NCBI GenBank assembly: GCA_964057225.1
Contig: OZ059899.1
Coordinates: forward strand, 9,486,001 to 9,550,000
DNA length: 64,000 nt
DNA from: Auanema rhodensis
Taxonomy: Eukaryota > Animalia > Nematoda
Direction of reading: 5' to 3'
The position numbers were made by a program, and so were the translations under genes. The number at the start of each line of letters is the position of its first letter. Position 1 is the stretch's first letter. The notes under the pieces are model-generated. The model saw only the letters and a program-made list of their open reading frames with translations, searched no databases and was not told the origin of the DNA. Positions 61,059 through 64,000 of this stretch are shown piece after piece.

Positions 61059-64000
61059 GTTTGGGTCCGGGATCTGACTCTTCGAAACTCTCTTCTTCGG
61101 CTCTGTTACTGGTATGGTGCTGTGATACCTTATCGGCACATGATAAGGTTTTGCTGGCGTTGTAGGGGAATTATCTTCTAACCCCAATGCCAATTTAAGT
61201 GCTGAACTCCATTTCTTAATTGTGGGTGGCTCCTTCTTCCGTTCCTCATACAATTCTTTCCTTGCGTTTTCTTCTATTTCCTCTGATAGTTTTTGAAAAG
61301 CCTTGATCGTCTGGTTTTGTTCTCTAGACTCTGTTGTTGACGTTTCCTCTGTGATTCCTGGTATTGGTGCGTCCTGATTTGGACTGATTTGTGAACTTTC
61401 CGCAAGTTCTATGTCTGTTTCCAAAGTATTTTCGTTGATATTTGTTGTCGACGGACTGTTTCGTGTAAATGGTTGTTCGTTTTGATAGAACGTTTCTTCT
61501 TCACTGTCCGAATCAGATAAATGAGTTCTGGTCATCAGTGTAATTTCTTCCGTTGGGTTGTCATCCGGAGGGAAAAATCTGATGTTATTTTTGTGAGCCT
61601 TCATCGTTTTTCCTTCCCTATCTGCTAACGTAACGTTATTTCCAATTATCTTCTTGATGATATATGGACCATCGCTCGTCTTTTGCAATTTGTTCGTTGG
61701 TTTTGCTCGTTTGACCAATGCCCTATCGTCTACGTAGATCTCTCTTTCTTCCGTTCTGTGTTTCTCGTCATATTTCTTTTTCATCCTTTCATTACTTAAT
61801 TCAATTCTTTTCTGAATCTTCTCATGTAGATCTGGGGCGTTCTTGATTGTGGCTTCTGGTGTTTCTAGGTCCTTATCCATTGGTAGACGAGCTGTTTGTC
61901 CAAATAGACAATCGTAGGGTGGTGTGCAAGTTGTGGCGTTTGGTAGTCGGTTGATCGTAAAGACAATTTTGGGTAAAATACTGTCCCAATTATCTTGATC
62001 GGCATTAACGTAAGAAGTTAATGCTTCTTCCAGCGTTCTATGTAGTCGTTCCACTTGACCATTTGCGTTTTTGTAGTATGGCATAGTTGTGTGATGTTCC
62101 GATCCAAGGTTATCGCACATGCTTTTGAATTCGTGTGAGACAAAGTTTGATCCATTGTCTGTGATGATTTTCTTTGAGGGTCCGAAGACATAGAATAAGT
62201 GTGTCATAATAGCTGATACTATTTCTTCTGATGTCTGACGAATTAATGGTATCGCTATAATCCATTTGGAAAATGCGTCCTGTATAGATAAAATGTATCT
62301 ATTATCCTTTGCAGTTCTAGGTAATGGTCCTAGTATGTCCATGTGAACTCGTACCCATGGATGTGTCACTGTTGGGAAGTTTCTCATTGGTTCAACTGTG
62401 GCTTCATGTGGGTTATTTTTCCTCTTTGCACAGTCGAGACATCTGTTCACATATCTTGTGATATCATCCTGTATTCCTGTCCAAGTGTACCGTCGCAAAA
62501 TGGAGTCTTGAGTCTTATTGATTCCAAGATGTGCTCCGAGAATGGGGTCTTTGTGGAATTTCTCGATAATTGGTGTGGTAATTGATGAGTCACTTGGCAG
62601 AATAGCTCGTGGAGTTTGTAGAGCTGATTTGGGTTTAGCGTATAGAACATCATTCAAAACAATGTATCTATCCGTTAGTTGTGTCCCAGCGTTGTTATTT
62701 GACAGCTTCTCTTTAGTTTCTTTGATCCATTCTGTGTCGTTTTGAATGGTCCTTAGGTCTGTTACTGTTGAGATTGTCGAAACTTGATGGGATGTTGTCT
62801 TTATTGTCGGCTTCTTTTTCCTTTCTTTTGTTTCGTTAATTTCGTCCTCAAAGTACTTTGATAAAGCGTCGCAAACGCTATTAAGGCGTCCTGGGCGATA
62901 GATAATTTCAATGTCATATTCTTGGAGTACTATTTGAAATTTGGCTAATCTTCCAATAAGATCTTTCCTCGTCATAAGACTGGTTAAAGGTCTATGATCG
63001 GTAATAATTTTGATCGGTGCCCCTAGGATGTAGGTACGAAATTGGTGAACCGCAAAGGTTAGAGCTAAGGCTTCAATCTCAATGGGGGGATAGTTCCTTT
63101 CTGCTCTGTTCAGTTTACGGCTAGCGAAAGCTATTGGGTGCAGTGGTTCTCGATCGTCCGCGGATTGCAATAAAACTGCTCCTACTGCAATAATGCTTCC
63201 GTCGCTTTCGACTACATATGGCCGTTTTGCTCTAGGCGCTTGGAGGACTGGTGCTTCGCAAAGTGCTTTCTTTAGGTGTTGAAAAGATTTTTCTTCTTTG
63301 TCTCCCCATGTGAAGGTTTTATCCTTTTTTGTGAGGTCATAAAGCGGTGATGCAATGCCTGCGGCATTCCTAATGAATCTCCGGAAGTAGTTTACAACTC
63401 CCATGAATGCTCGAACTCCTGTGATTGATTTTGGTCTTGGATAATCTTGAATTGCTTTTACTTTCTGAGGGTCTGGTTTTATTCCTTCGTGTCCAACAAT
63501 GAATCCTAGGAATTTGACTTCTTGTTGTCCAAAGGTACATTTCTTAAGCTTGATTTTCAATCCTAGCTCTGCTGATGCGTTCAGTACTTCGGCGATATCT
63601 TGTAAATGTTTTGTCGTTGATTCCGATATGAGAAGTAGATCGTCGAGATAGACGAAGAGCTTGCATCGTACGTGTTGTTGTAAATATCGTACTGCATTTT
63701 GGAATGTGTGTGGAGCTCCGCAGAGTCCCATCGGCATTCTGCAGTATTGATAAGTTCCGCTCGTAGTAGTGAATGCGGTGAGGTGTCTATCTTCTGATCT
63801 AAGAGGGATTTGAAAGAATCCAGATACTAGATCAAAGTTACTGAAGATACGTGCTCCGGCTGCTAGGTCCAAGATATCTTGAATGTTAGATATAACGTAG
63901 ATTTGTTTTTGCGTTATTGCGTTAAGTGCTCGAAAATCAGTCACAAATCTATACGTTTTATCCTTTTTCTTGACCAATATTACGGGACTGGTAGTCATAG
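61041..64000 (-). CDS. pol: Ty3/Gypsy Pol polyprotein (RT, RNase H, integrase), 5'-truncated by the window edge
   Basis: RT: SPVILVKKKD..RFVTDFRALN, FDLVSGFFQ, MPMGL, YLDD (63639-63650). RNase H: ESDGS, IEALA, TDHRPL, DALS. Integrase: HHCC (H..GAHLG..C-LD-C), DDE core (MDILGP, TDNGSNF, NGQVER), GPY motif. Confidence 0.97.
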   Translation of the reverse strand, partial: MTTSPVILVKKKDKTYRFVTDFRALNAITQKQIYVISNIQDILDLAAGARIFSNFDLVSGFFQIPLRSEDRHLTAFTTTSGTYQYCRMPMGLCGAPHTFQNAVRYLQQHVRCKLFVYLDDLLLISESTTKHLQDIAEVLNASAELGLKIKLKKCTFGQQEVKFLGFIVGHEGIKPDPQKVKAIQDYPRPKSITGVRAFMGVVNYFRRFIRNAAGIASPLYDLTKKDKTFTWGDKEEKSFQHLKKALCEAPVLQAPRAKRPYVVESDGSIIAVGAVLLQSADDREPLHPIAFASRKLNRAERNYPPIEIEALALTFAVHQFRTYILGAPIKIITDHRPLTSLMTRKDLIGRLAKFQIVLQEYDIEIIYRPGRLNSVCDALSKYFEDEINETKERKKKPTIKTTSHQVSTISTVTDLRTIQNDTEWIKETKEKLSNNNAGTQLTDRYIVLNDVLYAKPKSALQTPRAILPSDSSITTPIIEKFHKDPILGAHLGINKTQDSILRRYTWTGIQDDITRYVNRCLDCAKRKNNPHEATVEPMRNFPTVTHPWVRVHMDILGPLPRTAKDNRYILSIQDAFSKWIIAIPLIRQTSEEIVSAIMTHLFYVFGPSKKIITDNGSNFVSHEFKSMCDNLGSEHHTTMPYYKNANGQVERLHRTLEEALTSYVNADQDNWDSILPKIVFTINRLPNATTCTPPYDCLFGQTARLPMDKDLETPEATIKNAPDLHEKIQKRIELSNERMKKKYDEKHRTEEREIYVDDRALVKRAKPTNKLQKTSDGPYIIKKIIGNNVTLADREGKTMKAHKNNIRFFPPDDNPTEEITLMTRTHLSDSDSEEETFYQNEQPFTRNSPSTTNINENTLETDIELAESSQISPNQDAPIPGITEETSTTESREQNQTIKAFQKLSEEIEENARKELYEERKKEPPTIKKWSSALKLALGLEDNSPTTPAKPYHVPIRYHSTIPVTEPKKRVSKSQIPDPNSSNNC

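Larger units (their letters stand above)
59338..64000 (-). mobile_element. Ty3/Gypsy (Metaviridae) LTR retrotransposon, 3' half; gag, protease and 5' LTR lie beyond the window
   Basis: Pol with RT-RNaseH-integrase domain order, a sharp junction with the array at 59337/59338, and an LTR-like terminal segment. Confidence 0.92.

Noticed and set aside
62343-62745. Three short ORFs overlapping pol
   Set aside because: Alternate-frame or antisense shadows of the integrase coding region.

Overview
Eukaryotic, AT-rich window, probably nematode (inferred from the tRNA sequence). Positions 1-59337 are a head-to-tail tRNA-gene macrosatellite built from two related units. About 57 'A' units (~609-611 bp) each carry a + strand tRNA-Arg(ACG) gene with a T7 Pol III terminator. 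About 59 'B' units (~409-411 bp) have an exact 200-bp deletion that leaves only the first 5 nt of the tRNA. The units are organised into nested higher-order repeats (offsets 1020, 2041, 2237, 6647, 8161 and 8794 bp), and by my count only 21 of 57 tRNAs match the consensus. The shared spacer reads like a fossil protein exon ending in a GPI-signal-like hydrophobic tail. At 59338 the array is interrupted, ~58 bp upstream of the next tRNA position, by a minus-strand Ty3/Gypsy LTR retrotransposon. It consists of a putative 3' LTR (59338-59750) rich in hairpins, an unexplained 200-aa non-env ORF, a perfect 45-bp inverted repeat spanning the pol stop codon, and an intact RT-RNaseH-integrase ORF that runs off the window end. 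The many 104-aa ORFs are artefacts of the tRNA repeat. All counts and alignments were done by eye. tRNA variant positions are sequential (1-73) within the gene.
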